A DNA stretch of 63,768 nt, counting the filler, from an uncultured bacterium (GTDB taxonomy: Bacteria; Hinthialibacterota; Hinthialibacteria; Hinthialibacterales; Hinthialibacteraceae): NCBI GenBank assembly GCA_964449065.1. It is 11 parts of 11 records of this genome, joined end to end, with 100 filler letters (N's around TTAATTAATTAA, not from the genome) between each part and the next. Parts side by side here need not be neighbours in the genome. Positions count along the whole stretch, not along the records: positions 58,278 to 63,768 come from CAYVAZ010000336.1; 10 more parts are not named here. One strand, 5' to 3'. Both the position numbers and the translations under genes were made by a program. Under the pieces are notes generated by a model. That model saw only the letters and a program-made list of their open reading frames with translations. It did no database searches and was not told the origin of the DNA. Numbering within the stretch: position 1 is the stretch's first letter; every line of letters begins with the position of its first letter. Below, one piece after another: positions 63,735 to 63,768 of this stretch.

Positions 63735-63768
63735 ATCAATGATTGACGATTGCTTGAAAATGGTTTTT

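Overview
This is not one continuous locus. It is 11 bacterial contigs (5900, 5855, 5852, 5813, 5761, 5701, 5698, 5671, 5531, 5495 and 5491 bp) joined in descending size order by 100-bp N44-TTAATTAATTAA-N44 linkers, so adjacency across a linker has no biological meaning. The organism is diderm (TolC, porin, GT9). It carries housekeeping genes (der, plsY, hisA, gyrA, purA, alaS, DegP), tRNA-Arg(TCT), tRNA-Gly(TCC), an Opp/Dpp ABC transporter interrupted by a MazF-type toxin-antitoxin pair, several glycosyltransferases, a sulfatase and a B12 radical SAM enzyme. Main highlights: (1) three unrelated secreted proteins end in a shared motif, [VI]-x-x-W-x-[LV]-[YFL], a candidate C-terminal sorting signal; (2) three paralogous GspG-like pseudopilins and one atypical one, a candidate export partner; (3) a glutaminase with two tandem domains, the first with a degenerate active site; (4) dense small repeats, in which REP-like hairpins sit inside short shells bounded by inverted repeats; these repeats lie at most contig ends; (5) a BrnT/LRR chimeric pseudogene. 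The motif, pilin and LamG/FG-GAP profile resembles Hinthialibacterota (OLB16) or Sumerlaeota-like candidate-phylum genomes. That assignment is unverified inference.
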